Shown here piece after piece: positions 18,471-28,649 of a stretch of DNA of 64,000 nucleotides (position 1 is the stretch's first letter; each line of letters opens with the position of its first letter). The DNA comes from a virus, in the IMG/VR virus record IMGVR_UViG_3300048834_001178, positions 1 to 64,000 of that record. The stretch is one strand, 5' to 3'. The position numbers and the translations under genes were made by a program. Under the pieces are notes generated by a model. That model saw nothing but the letters and a program-made list of their open reading frames with translations. It did no database searches and was not told the DNA's origin.

Positions 18471-20197
18471 TGATCGCCCCGACGACCTCCGGGCCCCGCA
18501 TGGAGCTCCGCCCCTACCAGCGCGAAGCGGTGGACCGGGTCTACGCGCACCTCCGGGAGCGGGATGACAACCCCTGCGTTGTCATCCCGACCGGCGGGGG
18601 CAAGACGCCGATCATCGCCACGATCTGCCGCGACGCGGTCGGCCAATGGAACGGCCGCGTCGTCATCCTTGCCCACGTCAAGGAGCTGCTCGAGCAGACC
18701 GCCGAGAAGCTCCGGCTCATCGCCCCCGACCTGCCCGTGGGCATCTATTCGGCGGGCCTCAAGCGCAAGGACCTTGGCTACAGCGCCACCGTCGCTGGCA
18801 TCCAGAGCATCTGGAAGAAGGCGTGCGAACTGGGCTCCGTCGATCTGATCATCGTCGATGAGGCGCACATGGTCCCCGCCGAGGACGACGGGATCTACCG
18901 CCAGTTCATCGCCGACGCCAAGGTGGTCAACCCCAACGTCCGCGTCATCGGGCTGACCGCCACGCCCTACCGCCTCAAGTCCGGCGCGATCTGCGCCCCC
19001 GCCCCCCACAACATCCTCAACCACGTCTGCTACGAGGTCGGCGTCCGCGAGCTGATCGTGCAGGGTTTCCTCTCGCCCCTGAAGACCAAGGCGGGCCTGC
19101 AGAAGATCAGCACCGACGACCTGCACGTCCGCGCCGGCGAGTTCGTCGCCAGCGAGGTCGAGGACCTGATGGACGAGGAGGGGCTGGTCGAAGGCGCGTG
19201 CGCCGAGATCGCTGCGCACACCAAGGACCGCAGCGCCACCCTGATCTTCTCTTCGGGTATCCGCCACGGCCAGCACATCGTCGATGTGCTCAAGGCCAAG
19301 CACAGCATCGAGTGCGGGTTCGTGACCGGTGACACGCCGGACGGAGTGCGTGCGGCGATCCTCGGCAAATTCCGCTCGGGCGAGCTCAAGTACCTCTGCA
19401 ACGTCAACGTTCTCACCACCGGGTTCGACGCGCCGCACATCGACTGCGTGGCGCTGGTCCGGCCGACCATGTCGCCCGGCCTGTACTACCAGATGGTGGG
19501 CCGGGGCTTCCGGCTCCACCCCGGCAAGAACGACTGCCTGGTGCTCGACTTTGGCGGCAACGTGCTCCGGCACGGGCCGGTTGATGCGATCCGCATCGCC
19601 ACCGACGACCGGGGCGACGGCGAGGCTCCGGCGAAGGAGTGTCCCAACTGCCAGGCCCTGATCGCGGCGGGCTACCAGACCTGCCCGCAGTGCGGCCACC
19701 AGTTCCCCGAGCCGAATCGACAGCAGCACGAGGCGAAGGCCAGCACCGAGGGCATCCTCTCCGGCCAGACCACGCGCGAAGAGCACCGAGTCAGCGAGAC
19801 GACGTACCACGTGCACTCCAAGCGCAGCGACCCGTCCGCGCCGCTGACCATGCGCGTCGAGTACCGAGTCGGCTTCAACCGCTACTTCCGCGAGTGGGTC
19901 TGCTTCGACCACACCGGGTACGCGCGGACCAAGGCCGAAGCCTGGTGGCGGGCACGCTCGGTCGAGCCCGTGCCCGGTAGCACGGAAGAGGCGGTCGAGA
20001 TGGCCAAGGCCGGGGCGCTCGCCCCGACGCTCTCGATCACCGTCGAGAAGAAGGCCGGCGACCAGTTCGAGCGTGTCACACAGCACGTGCTCGGCGACAA
20101 GCCGCCGCGACTGGACGGCGAAGAAGGCCTGCCGGACCGGCCGCCGGAGCCCGCGGGCATGACGTACGGCATCCCCGAAGACGAGATCCCCTTCTGA
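18470..20197 (+). CDS. SF2 DEAH helicase (RadD/YejH-like) with Zn ribbon
   Basis: LRPYQ, PTGGGKT, DEAH, TATP, QMVGRGFR, CPNC..CPQC. Confidence 0.9.
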   Translation: MIAPTTSGPRMELRPYQREAVDRVYAHLRERDDNPCVVIPTGGGKTPIIATICRDAVGQWNGRVVILAHVKELLEQTAEKLRLIAPDLPVGIYSAGLKRKDLGYSATVAGIQSIWKKACELGSVDLIIVDEAHMVPAEDDGIYRQFIADAKVVNPNVRVIGLTATPYRLKSGAICAPAPHNILNHVCYEVGVRELIVQGFLSPLKTKAGLQKISTDDLHVRAGEFVASEVEDLMDEEGLVEGACAEIAAHTKDRSATLIFSSGIRHGQHIVDVLKAKHSIECGFVTGDTPDGVRAAILGKFRSGELKYLCNVNVLTTGFDAPHIDCVALVRPTMSPGLYYQMVGRGFRLHPGKNDCLVLDFGGNVLRHGPVDAIRIATDDRGDGEAPAKECPNCQALIAAGYQTCPQCGHQFPEPNRQQHEAKASTEGILSGQTTREEHRVSETTYHVHSKRSDPSAPLTMRVEYRVGFNRYFREWVCFDHTGYARTKAEAWWRARSVEPVPGSTEEAVEMAKAGALAPTLSITVEKKAGDQFERVTQHVLGDKPPRLDGEEGLPDRPPEPAGMTYGIPEDEIPF

Positions 20198-22434
20198 TGA
20201 GCGATGGATCCTCCATCCTGCTCGAGTCGGCGCGCACGTACCTCGCCCGCGGGTACGCGGTCATCCCTGTGCCGGCGCGGAAGAAGATCCCCGTGCTCAA
20301 GGGGTGGACGGACCTGCGCCTCGCCGCGAGCGATCTGCCGGCGCACTTCAACGGCACCGGCAACATTGGCGTGCTGCTGGGCGAACCGAGCGGCTGGCTC
20401 GTTGATGTGGACCTCGACTGCGAGGAGGCGGTGGCGCTCGCGCCCAAGTTCCTGCCGCCGACGGGCGCGATGTCCGGACGGCCGGGCAAGCCCGCGTCGC
20501 ACTGGTGGTACATCTGCGCGGGGATCAAGACCCGCAAGCACCAGGACCCGGTGTCCAAGAAGATGATCGTCGAACTCCGGAGCACCGGGGCTCAGACGGT
20601 CGTCGGCCCGAGCATCCATCCCAGCGGAGAGCCCTACGATCCGCTCGACGGAGAGCCCGCCGTGGTCGACGCTGGCGAACTGGCTGCCGCCGTCGCGGCG
20701 CTCGCCGACGCCGTGACCGAAGCCCGGCACGGGCGCAAGGAAGCGATCGCTTCACAGCCGCGATCACTAGGAAGCGATCGTTTCCTAGCGGGCGACGCCC
20801 TGCTCCGCCGCGCCGCGGCGTACCTCGACCGCATCCCGCCGGCGATCTCCGGCTCGGGCGGGCACAGTCAGACCTACACGGCCGCGACGGCGATGGTGCA
20901 CGGGTTCGGCCTCGATCCGGAGGCGGCGTTCTCGCTGCTGTGGGACCGGTACAACCCGCGGTGCGAGCCGCCGTGGTCGGAGAAGGAACTGCGGCACAAG
21001 GTCAGCGATGCCGCGAGCAAGCCGCACGATCGGCCGCACGGATGGCTGCGCGACGCCGATCGAACCGAGGACCTCGGCGGCGTTGATCTTTCGCGCTTGG
21101 TCGTGCGGGCTCGCCCTGCGGTGGTGGATACGCCGACGCCGCCGCCGCTGGACGACCCGGGCTTGCTCCCGCCAGAGGCACTCCGCGTGCCCGGGTTCGT
21201 CGGGGAGGTGATGGACTACTGCCTCGCCACCGCGCCCTACCCAAGCCAGACGCTGGCGTTCTGCGGAGCCCTAGCTCTCCAGGCGTTTCTCGCGGGCCGT
21301 AAGGTCCGTGACCCCGGCGACAACCGCACCAACATGTACCTGCTCGGGCTGGCGCACTCGTCCTCGGGCAAGGACTGGCCCCGCAAGATCAACGCCCGCG
21401 TGCTCCGGGAGGTCGGCCTCGGCACGGGGCTGGGCGACCGGCTCGCGTCCGGCGAAGGCGTGCAGGACGCGCTCCGCGGCACGCCGTCGATGCTCTTCCA
21501 GACCGACGAGATCGACGGGCTGCTGCAGTCGATCAACCGTGCCCGCGACGCGCGGTTCGAATCGATCATGGGCACGCTGCTGACGATGTACTCGGCCTCC
21601 AACTCGGTCTTCCCGATGCGCCGCAAGGCCGGGCAGAGCGAGCCGGGCGTGATCAACCAGCCGTGCCTGGTGCTCTTCGGAACGGCGATCCCGAACCACT
21701 ACTACGCGGCGCTGTCCGAGCGCATGCTCACCAACGGCCTGTTCGCACGCATGCTGATCCTGGAATCCGGCCCGCGCGGCCCCGGCCAGGAGCCGACGGT
21801 CAGCGACCTGCCCGAGCGCGTGCTCGCGACGGCCAAGTGGTGGTCGGACCTGCGGCCGGGCCCGGGCAACCTCGCCAACGACCATCCCACGCCGCGCGTC
21901 GTGCCGCACACCGACGAAGCCCGGGCGCTGCTCGTCGAGCTTCGCCGGGCAGCCGAGGACGCGTACGGCGAGGCCGAAGCCGGGCGCGACGCGGTCGCGA
22001 CCACGGTGTGGGGGCGGGCCAGCGAGCAGACCCGCAAGCTGGCGCTGCTTTACGCCGTCAGCGAGAACCACGCGGAGCCCGCGATTGGCGTCGAGGCGGT
22101 GCGGTGGGCATCGCGGCTCGTCATGCACCAGACCAGGCGGATGCTGTTCATGGCCGCCAACCACGCCGCCGAGACGCCGTTCGATGAGCTCGCCCTCCGC
22201 GCGATGCGGAAGATCCGCGAAGCGCCGGGCGGCGCGCTGCCGCACAGCGTGCTTCTCAAGCGGATGAAGATGGACTCCCGCTCGTTCCACGACCTTGTCG
22301 ACACGCTCGTCCAGCGCGGGGACTTGCTCGTGGATTCGGAGTCGACGGCGGGCCGGTCGGCGCTGATCTACCGCTTGGCGGAGAAAGAAGGTGAAGGAAG
22401 GGTGAAAGAAGAGGGGGCAAAATGCGGGCTGTAG
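20197..22434 (+). CDS. Bifunctional primase/polymerase with DUF3987-like C-terminal domain
   Basis: Prim-Pol motifs NIGVLLG..VDVDLD, H, VVGPSIHPSG; PPWSEKEL; SSGK and DEID motifs. Confidence 0.85.
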   Translation: MSDGSSILLESARTYLARGYAVIPVPARKKIPVLKGWTDLRLAASDLPAHFNGTGNIGVLLGEPSGWLVDVDLDCEEAVALAPKFLPPTGAMSGRPGKPASHWWYICAGIKTRKHQDPVSKKMIVELRSTGAQTVVGPSIHPSGEPYDPLDGEPAVVDAGELAAAVAALADAVTEARHGRKEAIASQPRSLGSDRFLAGDALLRRAAAYLDRIPPAISGSGGHSQTYTAATAMVHGFGLDPEAAFSLLWDRYNPRCEPPWSEKELRHKVSDAASKPHDRPHGWLRDADRTEDLGGVDLSRLVVRARPAVVDTPTPPPLDDPGLLPPEALRVPGFVGEVMDYCLATAPYPSQTLAFCGALALQAFLAGRKVRDPGDNRTNMYLLGLAHSSSGKDWPRKINARVLREVGLGTGLGDRLASGEGVQDALRGTPSMLFQTDEIDGLLQSINRARDARFESIMGTLLTMYSASNSVFPMRRKAGQSEPGVINQPCLVLFGTAIPNHYYAALSERMLTNGLFARMLILESGPRGPGQEPTVSDLPERVLATAKWWSDLRPGPGNLANDHPTPRVVPHTDEARALLVELRRAAEDAYGEAEAGRDAVATTVWGRASEQTRKLALLYAVSENHAEPAIGVEAVRWASRLVMHQTRRMLFMAANHAAETPFDELALRAMRKIREAPGGALPHSVLLKRMKMDSRSFHDLVDTLVQRGDLLVDSESTAGRSALIYRLAEKEGEGRVKEEGAKCGL

Positions 22435-22546
22435 ACACATACACACACTTCTTTCCCTCTTTCACCTTCTTTCCCCCACCCCCGCGTGCGCGTCTGTGTG
22501 TGTCTGCGCGAGGGGGGGGTGAAATGGTGAAAGAAGGTGAAAGAAG
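22383..22546. repeat. Iteron-like GGTGAAAGAA repeats in both orientations (candidate replication origin)
   Basis: Copies at 22383-22411 and 22518-22546, an inverted copy at 22459-22473, plus AGACACA/TGTGTCT inverted arms. Confidence 0.6.
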
Positions 22547-22986
22547 CCCCCCGACGAGTTCGCCCATGCAGGTCGTGTGCCAGGCCGCGCCTAGCGGGAG
22601 CCTTACAGCCGGAAGCCTACCAAGGGGGAAGCCTGGGGGGCATGGTTCCTTCCCGCCAGGAAGTGCGTGGCTTGGCCCGCGGGAACAGCCGCGCTTGGCG
22701 ACAGAGTTTGTTTGGGCCGTCCGAGCGCGGGGCGGCCCCGTGGCGGGGTTGGTACGCCGCCCCGCCAAGGACGCGACGTGGGCCAACGTGAGCGGACCCG
22801 TGGCCAACGGGCGGGGCCAGTAGCGGGCGGGAATCGGGGCGTTGAGCGCCCCCGGACGGGACCGTCAGCCCGAGCGAACCAGCCAACCAGCGATCCAGCC
22901 ATCCCCGGACCCGCCGCATGTGCGGCGGGCCACCACGACGCCCCACGCGCTTGCGCTTGCCGCCGCGCGTCCGAACGGAGATCGCT

Positions 22987-24363
22987 GTGAACATCGAGAC
23001 GCTTCCCATCGACGCGGTCAAGGAATACGACCGCAACCCCCGCACGATCAGCGACGCCGCCATCGACGCGGTCGCTAAGAGCATCGAGGCCTTTGGCTTC
23101 AAGATCCCGATCCTGATCGACGCCGACAACATCATCATCGCCGGGCACACGCGACTCCGCGCCGCGCGGAAGCTCGGGCTGAAGGACGTGCCGACGATCC
23201 GCGCCGACGACCTCACGCCCGACCAGGTCAAGGCGCTGCGCATCGCCGACAACAAGGTCGCGTCGCTGACCTCGTGGGACATGGAACTGCTGCCCATCGA
23301 ACTGGCCGACCTCAAGGGCGTGGACTTCGATCTCGCGCTGCTGGGCTTCAGCGCCGAGGACCTCGCGGCGATCATGGCTCCCGCCGGCAACGAGGGGCTT
23401 GTCGACCCCGACGACGTGCCCGCGCCGCCCGACGCCGCGACAACGGTCCCCGGCGACATCTGGGTGCTGGGCAACCACCGCTTGATGTGCGGCGACTCGT
23501 CCAAGCCCGAGGACCTGGACCGACTGCTCGACGGCCAGCCGATCCATCTGGTCAACACCGATCCGCCGTACAACGTGAAGGTCGAGCCGCGGAGCAACAA
23601 CGCGATCGCGGCCGGGCTGTCGTCGTTCACGGCCACGCAGCGCAAGGACGCGAGCGCCGGCGACCAGCAGTCAGCGGACCTGCACCGCTACCCCGAGAAG
23701 TCCAAGCCGACGCACAAGAAGCTCCGGGCCAAGGACCGCCCCCTAGCCAACGATTTCGTCTCCGACCAGGAGTTCGATCGCCTGCTCGCGGCGTGGTTCG
23801 GGAACATCGCCCGTCTGCTCATCCCCGGTGGCGGCTTCTACATCTGGGGCGGCTACGCCAACTGCGCCAACTACCCGCCGGTGCTCAAGGCGATGGAGTT
23901 GTACTTCAGCCAGGCGGTGATCTGGATCAAGGAGCACCCGGTCCTGACGCGCAAGGACTTCATGGGCAACCACGAATGGTGCTTCTACGGCTGGAAGGAG
24001 GGCGCTGCACACCGTTTCTTCGGCCCCAACAACGTGCCGGACACCTGGAGCATCAAGAAGGTGAACCCGCAGAGCATGGTTCACTTGACGGAGAAGCCCG
24101 TCGAGCTCGCGCGGCGGGCGATCGAGTTCTCGTCGCGGCCGGGCGAGAACGTGCTCGACCTCTTCGGCGGCAGCGGGAGCACGCTCATCGGCGCGGAGAT
24201 GACGGGGCGGCGGGCGTACCTGATGGAACTCGACCCGCTCTACTGCGACGTCATCGTGCAGCGCTGGGAAAAGTTCACGGGCCGCAAGGCGGAGCGACTG
24301 CCTGCGAAGGGTGTGGCCGAAGAGAAAGCCGCGACCCGTGTCGCGGCTGGGAGCAAGGCGTGA
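22987..24363 (+). CDS. ParB N-domain fused to beta-class N6/N4 DNA methyltransferase
   Basis: NPR, IIAGHTRL, DPPYN, H.TEKPV, DLFGGSGST. Confidence 0.92.
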   Translation: MNIETLPIDAVKEYDRNPRTISDAAIDAVAKSIEAFGFKIPILIDADNIIIAGHTRLRAARKLGLKDVPTIRADDLTPDQVKALRIADNKVASLTSWDMELLPIELADLKGVDFDLALLGFSAEDLAAIMAPAGNEGLVDPDDVPAPPDAATTVPGDIWVLGNHRLMCGDSSKPEDLDRLLDGQPIHLVNTDPPYNVKVEPRSNNAIAAGLSSFTATQRKDASAGDQQSADLHRYPEKSKPTHKKLRAKDRPLANDFVSDQEFDRLLAAWFGNIARLLIPGGGFYIWGGYANCANYPPVLKAMELYFSQAVIWIKEHPVLTRKDFMGNHEWCFYGWKEGAAHRFFGPNNVPDTWSIKKVNPQSMVHLTEKPVELARRAIEFSSRPGENVLDLFGGSGSTLIGAEMTGRRAYLMELDPLYCDVIVQRWEKFTGRKAERLPAKGVAEEKAATRVAAGSKA

Positions 24364-24371
24364 TGCTCGCC

Positions 24372-24629
24372 TCACTCGTCCAGGGTCGGCAGCGGGCCGT
24401 CGACCGCTTCGTCCCATTCGAGGGCGTAGCGCTCGGCGATGTCCTCGAGGTCATGCTCGGTCAGGTAGTCGGCGGTCTTCCGCTCCTGGCAGGCGGCGAC
24501 GGCCCTCGCGAGGTCCGTCCATTCCTCGATGGTGAGCATTTGGTCCTGGCGTGCGCCGACCAGGTGGAGCGCGGCCTGCAGGACGGCTTCGAGTTGCGCT
24601 TCGCGGTTTGGGGCGGGCGTCGCGGTCAT
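24372..24629 (-). CDS. Small acidic hypothetical protein
   Basis: Last gene of a counter-oriented four-gene cluster. Confidence 0.6.
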   Translation of the reverse strand: MTATPAPNREAQLEAVLQAALHLVGARQDQMLTIEEWTDLARAVAACQERKTADYLTEHDLEDIAERYALEWDEAVDGPLPTLDE

Positions 24630-24632
24630 GGC

Positions 24633-25178
24633 TCAGGCTCCCTTCCCGGCGACGAAGACGCCGCGCTCGTGCTTCTTGAACCTCGCGGCCGTTCCCTTGG
24701 CAGCGATCTCGCGGATGATGGCGGCGTAGAGCGTGGCCTCGGGCGTCTTACCGCCGGGGGAGCGCCACAGGTCCTTGGACTCCATCGCGGCGATCATCTC
24801 CTTGGCCCGCATGGGCACCTCGCTCGCGGCGAGCACCTGTGCGGCAGCGTCGAGGGCGCTGACCCGCTTGGGCTTTGGGGCCTTCGGCGTCTTCGGGGCC
24901 TTGGCCGTCTTGGGTGCCTTCTCGCTCTTGGCCTTCTTCCCCTTGGCAGCCGCATCCACGTTCGCGATGTTGGCCACCTCCTTTTCGCTGGGGACCTCGT
25001 GGTCCTGCTTGCCGCCCGCCAACCGGCCGTTGATCTCGGCCAGCGCCGCCTTGCGGAGGCGCTCCGTGCTGGAGGCTTTGGCGTCCGGGGCGGCCTTCGC
25101 CGCCGCGCGGGCCTTGCGGGCGTCGCCCATCTCGCGCTGGACCTTGCCCATGTTCTTGATCGTGCCTTTGCGTGCCAT
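24633..25178 (-). CDS. HARE-HTH (winged helix) protein with Lys/Ala/Pro-rich N-terminus
   Basis: LDAAAQVL...[16 protein letters not shown]...RFKK..RGVF; KAPK repeats. Confidence 0.8.
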   Translation of the reverse strand: MARKGTIKNMGKVQREMGDARKARAAAKAAPDAKASSTERLRKAALAEINGRLAGGKQDHEVPSEKEVANIANVDAAAKGKKAKSEKAPKTAKAPKTPKAPKPKRVSALDAAAQVLAASEVPMRAKEMIAAMESKDLWRSPGGKTPEATLYAAIIREIAAKGTAARFKKHERGVFVAGKGA

Positions 25179-25268
25179 GTCGAACTCCTTCTGTCTCGTG
25201 CGGAATCCCGCCGCACGCTGCGGCGGGGAAGCGTGGTCGTCGCGGTTCCCCGCGAGGCCGCGTGGTGG

Positions 25269-25529
25269 TCACTCGTCGTCCAGGAATCGCTCAACCTCCG
25301 GCCGCTCCATCCCGCTTGTGAAGGCGATGATGTCGATCAGGTCGCTGCGGACCTTGCCGAGGTTGCCCGCGAAGCCCCAGTCGGACGGGTGGGTCTTTGC
25401 AACCTGGTCGTGGCGGTTCAACTCCATGTCGAGGACGTCGAGCAGGCGAGCGATGTCGTTGCGGCGTGCTGCGTAGGTCTCCGCGGCGGTCGGCTCGGGC
25501 TTGGTGGTCTGAGGGGTGCGCTTCGTCAT
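25269..25529 (-). CDS. Small hypothetical protein
   Basis: AAGGAG RBS; DWGFAGNLGKV motif. Confidence 0.7.
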   Translation of the reverse strand: MTKRTPQTTKPEPTAAETYAARRNDIARLLDVLDMELNRHDQVAKTHPSDWGFAGNLGKVRSDLIDIIAFTSGMERPEVERFLDDE

Positions 25530-25589
25530 GGTCGTGCTCCTTTGGGTTGGTGGTCTCTCGTGAACAGCGAAGCCCGCGTGTCGCGGGCT

Positions 25590-25943
25590 TCAGGTCGTCG
25601 GGCGGTTGTCGCTGGGGCGGTCCCAACTCGTCGTGTCTTTGGGCTGGCCGACCGCCCGGAGGTAGTCGATCAGTTCGTCAGCGGTCCAGGTATCGCCGTC
25701 GATCGCGTCGTGCTCGTTGGGGGCGTCGTCGTTCTCGCGGTCGATCTCGAAGAGGCGGAAGCCACCGAGCGCTCCGGGGCGTGGTCCCCAGTGGCCGTCG
25801 AGGTGGCGTCCGCGACCGGCGGGGACCGTGGCGATGTTCCAGCAGCGTCCGTCGGGCGTGTGGAGTTCGATCGCGGGGATTCGAAACCCGGCCTTGGCAA
25901 GGGTCTTGGTGAGGTCGATCGTGGTCTTCGTGGTCGCGTCCAT
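25590..25943 (-). CDS. Small hypothetical protein
   Basis: GGAG RBS and ATG at 25943. Confidence 0.6.
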   Translation of the reverse strand: MDATTKTTIDLTKTLAKAGFRIPAIELHTPDGRCWNIATVPAGRGRHLDGHWGPRPGALGGFRLFEIDRENDDAPNEHDAIDGDTWTADELIDYLRAVGQPKDTTSWDRPSDNRPTT

Positions 25944-26062
25944 GTTCGTGGTCTCCGTCGCGTGCGGGGGGTTTGTTCTTCCCGCTCGCGTGTGACACAC
26001 ATTGGCCGGCTGATGGGGAACAGGCAAGGCGTTCGGCCTGCATTTCTCGATGATTCTGCGAC

Positions 26063-26096
26063 ATGTGGGCAACTGCGTCCGCGATGTGGGCAACTG
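26063..26096 (+). repeat. Direct repeat ATGTGGGCAACTG x2 (21-bp period) in divergent intergenic region
   Basis: Exact copies at 26063-26075 and 26084-26096. Confidence 0.7.
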
Positions 26097-26113
26097 TGCG
26101 CGGGAGGTCCGCG

Positions 26114-26374
26114 ATGACTCCCGAACACGCGCCTAGTTCCGGGCCCCACGGCGCATCGGGACAGGGAACCTCCCGGCTCAACCCCGCCGCGCTTGGCGTC
26201 GCGGACGCCGCGCGCGTGCTCTCGCGGATCGGGGGCAAGCCCGTCACCGAGGAAATGCTCCGTGCCGACATCGACGCGGGCGCGCCGACGAACGCGAACG
26301 GCACGATCAACCTCGTGCACTACGCCGCGTGGCTCGTGAAGGAGATGTCTGTGGGGGGTGCTGGTGGCGATTGA
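26114..26374 (+). CDS. Small HTH protein, candidate terminase small subunit
   Basis: Directly upstream of TerL; similar to the TerL N-terminus. Confidence 0.6.
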   Translation: MTPEHAPSSGPHGASGQGTSRLNPAALGVADAARVLSRIGGKPVTEEMLRADIDAGAPTNANGTINLVHYAAWLVKEMSVGGAGGD

Positions 26375-28649
26375 CCCGCGCCAACTCAAGCCCGGCGAAC
26401 TCGCGCGGCTGCTCAACAGCACGCCGCTGGGCGAGGTGATCAGCGAGCGGCAGCTCCATAGGCATCGCACGCGCGCGGGGTTCCGTGTCGCGGCCGACGG
26501 CGACGGGGGCAAGGTCGATCTCTTTCGTTACGTGGCGTGGCTGGTGACGACGCGGCACGAGGCCCTGGCCGAGGCGGCCCGCACGCCCGAGGGGCTCACG
26601 GGCTACGAGGCGATGAAGGAGCGGGCCCGGCTCCGCAACGCCATGCTCTCGCTGTCGGGCCGCGACATCGGCGACCTGCCTCCCGTCGGTGACCCCGCGC
26701 GGCGTGCCCGGGCCGCGAAGGACTTCCGGTACTTCTGCGAGACGTACTTCGGGCAGACCTTCCATCTCAAGTGGTCCGACGACCACCTCAAGGTCATCGC
26801 CAAGATCGAGCAGGCGGTGCTGGACGGCGGGCTGTTCGCGATGGCGATGCCGCGCGGGTCGGGCAAGACGAGCCTGTGCGAGGTGGCTTGCCTGTGGGCG
26901 CTGCTGTACGGGCACCGCGAGTTCGTCGCCCTCATCGGCTCGGACGAGGAGCACGCGGCGGGGATGCTCGAGTCGATCAAGGCGGAGCTGGAGAACAGCG
27001 AAATCCTTGGGGCCGACTTCCCGGAGGTCTGTCATCCCATCCGCTCCCTCGAAGGCATCCACCAGCGCGCCTCGGGCCAGCTCTACCAGGGCAAGCAAAC
27101 ACACATCGGGTGGACAGCCCGGGAGATCGTGCTGCCGACCATCCCGGGCTCGGCGGCGTCGGGCGCGATCATCCGCGTCGCCGGGATCACCGGCCGCATC
27201 CGGGGCATGAAGCACAAGCGCGTTGACGGCGTAAGCGTCCGTCCGTCGCTCGTGCTGATCGACGATCCGCAAACCGACGAGAGCGCCCGCTCGCCGTCGC
27301 AGTGCGCCACCCGCGAGCGGATCCTCGCCGGCGCGATCCTGGGCCTGGCCGGCCCGGGCCGGAAGATCGCCGGGCTCATGACGCTGACGGTTGTACGCCC
27401 CGACGACCTGGCCGATCGCATCCTCGACCGGGACAAGCACCCGCAGTGGCAGGGCGAGCGGACCAAGATGGTGTACTCGTTCCCCGCCGCAGACCGCTTG
27501 TGGGCCGAGTACGCCCGGCTGCGAGCCGAGGGACTCAAGGCCGACCGGGGCGGAGCGGAGGCGACCGCCTTCTACAAGGCGCATCGCGCTGAGATGGATG
27601 CCGGCGCGGTCATCGCCTGGCCCGAGCGGTTCAACCACGACGAACTCTCCGCTGTGCAGCACGCGATGAACCTGCGGCTGCAGAACGAGGCGGCGTTCTT
27701 CGCGGAGTACCAGAACGAGCCGCTCCCGGAGATCGAAGTCGCGGACGACCTGCTGAGCGCCGATCAGATCGCCGCCAAGGTGAACGGCCACGCCCGCGGG
27801 CTGGTCCCCCTGGCGTGCTCGCACCTGACGATGTTCGTGGACGTGCAGGGCAAGGCCCTGTTCTACCTCGTGGCCGCCTGGGAGGACGACTTCACGGGGC
27901 ACGTCATCGACTACGGCACTGAACCGGACCAGAAGCAGGCGTACTTCACGCTCCGCGACATCAAGCGGACGCTCGGGGCCGCTTCTCCCCGTGCCGGCGT
28001 CGAGGGTGCGATCTACGGCGGGCTTGAGCGTCTCATCGAACAAACCGTTGCCCGCGAGTGGCGGCGCGACGACGGCGCGATGGTGCGAATCGACCGTTGC
28101 TTGATCGACGCCAACTGGGGATCGTCCACGGATGTGGTCTACCAGTTCTGCCGCCAGAGCCCGCACGCCAGCGTTCTGACGCCCAGCCACGGCCGCTACG
28201 TCGGCGCGAGCAGCCTGCCTTTCAGCGACTACAAGCGCAAGCGGGGCGAGCGGGTCGGGCTGAACTGGCGCGTCCCGGTGGTCACCGGCAAACGCGCTGT
28301 GCGGCATGTGCTCTTCGACACGAACTTCTGGAAGTCGTTCGTGCATGCACGGCTGGCGGTGCCCATGGGTGACCCGGGAGGGCTGTCACTGTTCGGCCAC
28401 AAGCCGGAGCACCACCGCCTGTTGGCGGAACACCTGACCAGCGAGTACCGGGTGCGGACCGAGGGACGTGGCCGCACCGTCGACGAGTGGAAGCTCCGCA
28501 TCGAGGGCCTTGACAACCACTGGCTGGACTGCCTGGTCGGCTGCGCCGTGGCGGCGTCGATGGAGGGGGCGGTGCTATTCGGGACGGACGCGAAGGTGGT
28601 CGCGCGGCCACGGCTGAAGCTCTCGCAATTGAGGAGAGGCAAGTCGTGA
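26364..28649 (+). CDS. Terminase large subunit (GpA-like)
   Basis: MPRGSGKT, LIDDPQ, nuclease FVDVQ..IDANW..DNHWLDC; upstream of portal. Confidence 0.9.
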   Translation: MAIDPRQLKPGELARLLNSTPLGEVISERQLHRHRTRAGFRVAADGDGGKVDLFRYVAWLVTTRHEALAEAARTPEGLTGYEAMKERARLRNAMLSLSGRDIGDLPPVGDPARRARAAKDFRYFCETYFGQTFHLKWSDDHLKVIAKIEQAVLDGGLFAMAMPRGSGKTSLCEVACLWALLYGHREFVALIGSDEEHAAGMLESIKAELENSEILGADFPEVCHPIRSLEGIHQRASGQLYQGKQTHIGWTAREIVLPTIPGSAASGAIIRVAGITGRIRGMKHKRVDGVSVRPSLVLIDDPQTDESARSPSQCATRERILAGAILGLAGPGRKIAGLMTLTVVRPDDLADRILDRDKHPQWQGERTKMVYSFPAADRLWAEYARLRAEGLKADRGGAEATAFYKAHRAEMDAGAVIAWPERFNHDELSAVQHAMNLRLQNEAAFFAEYQNEPLPEIEVADDLLSADQIAAKVNGHARGLVPLACSHLTMFVDVQGKALFYLVAAWEDDFTGHVIDYGTEPDQKQAYFTLRDIKRTLGAASPRAGVEGAIYGGLERLIEQTVAREWRRDDGAMVRIDRCLIDANWGSSTDVVYQFCRQSPHASVLTPSHGRYVGASSLPFSDYKRKRGERVGLNWRVPVVTGKRAVRHVLFDTNFWKSFVHARLAVPMGDPGGLSLFGHKPEHHRLLAEHLTSEYRVRTEGRGRTVDEWKLRIEGLDNHWLDCLVGCAVAASMEGAVLFGTDAKVVARPRLKLSQLRRGKS

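Noticed and set aside
23274-26117. 947-aa plus-strand ORF
   Set aside because: Off-frame and antisense shadow of the methylase and four minus-strand genes; Arg/Gly/Pro-rich with no motifs, typical of high-GC DNA
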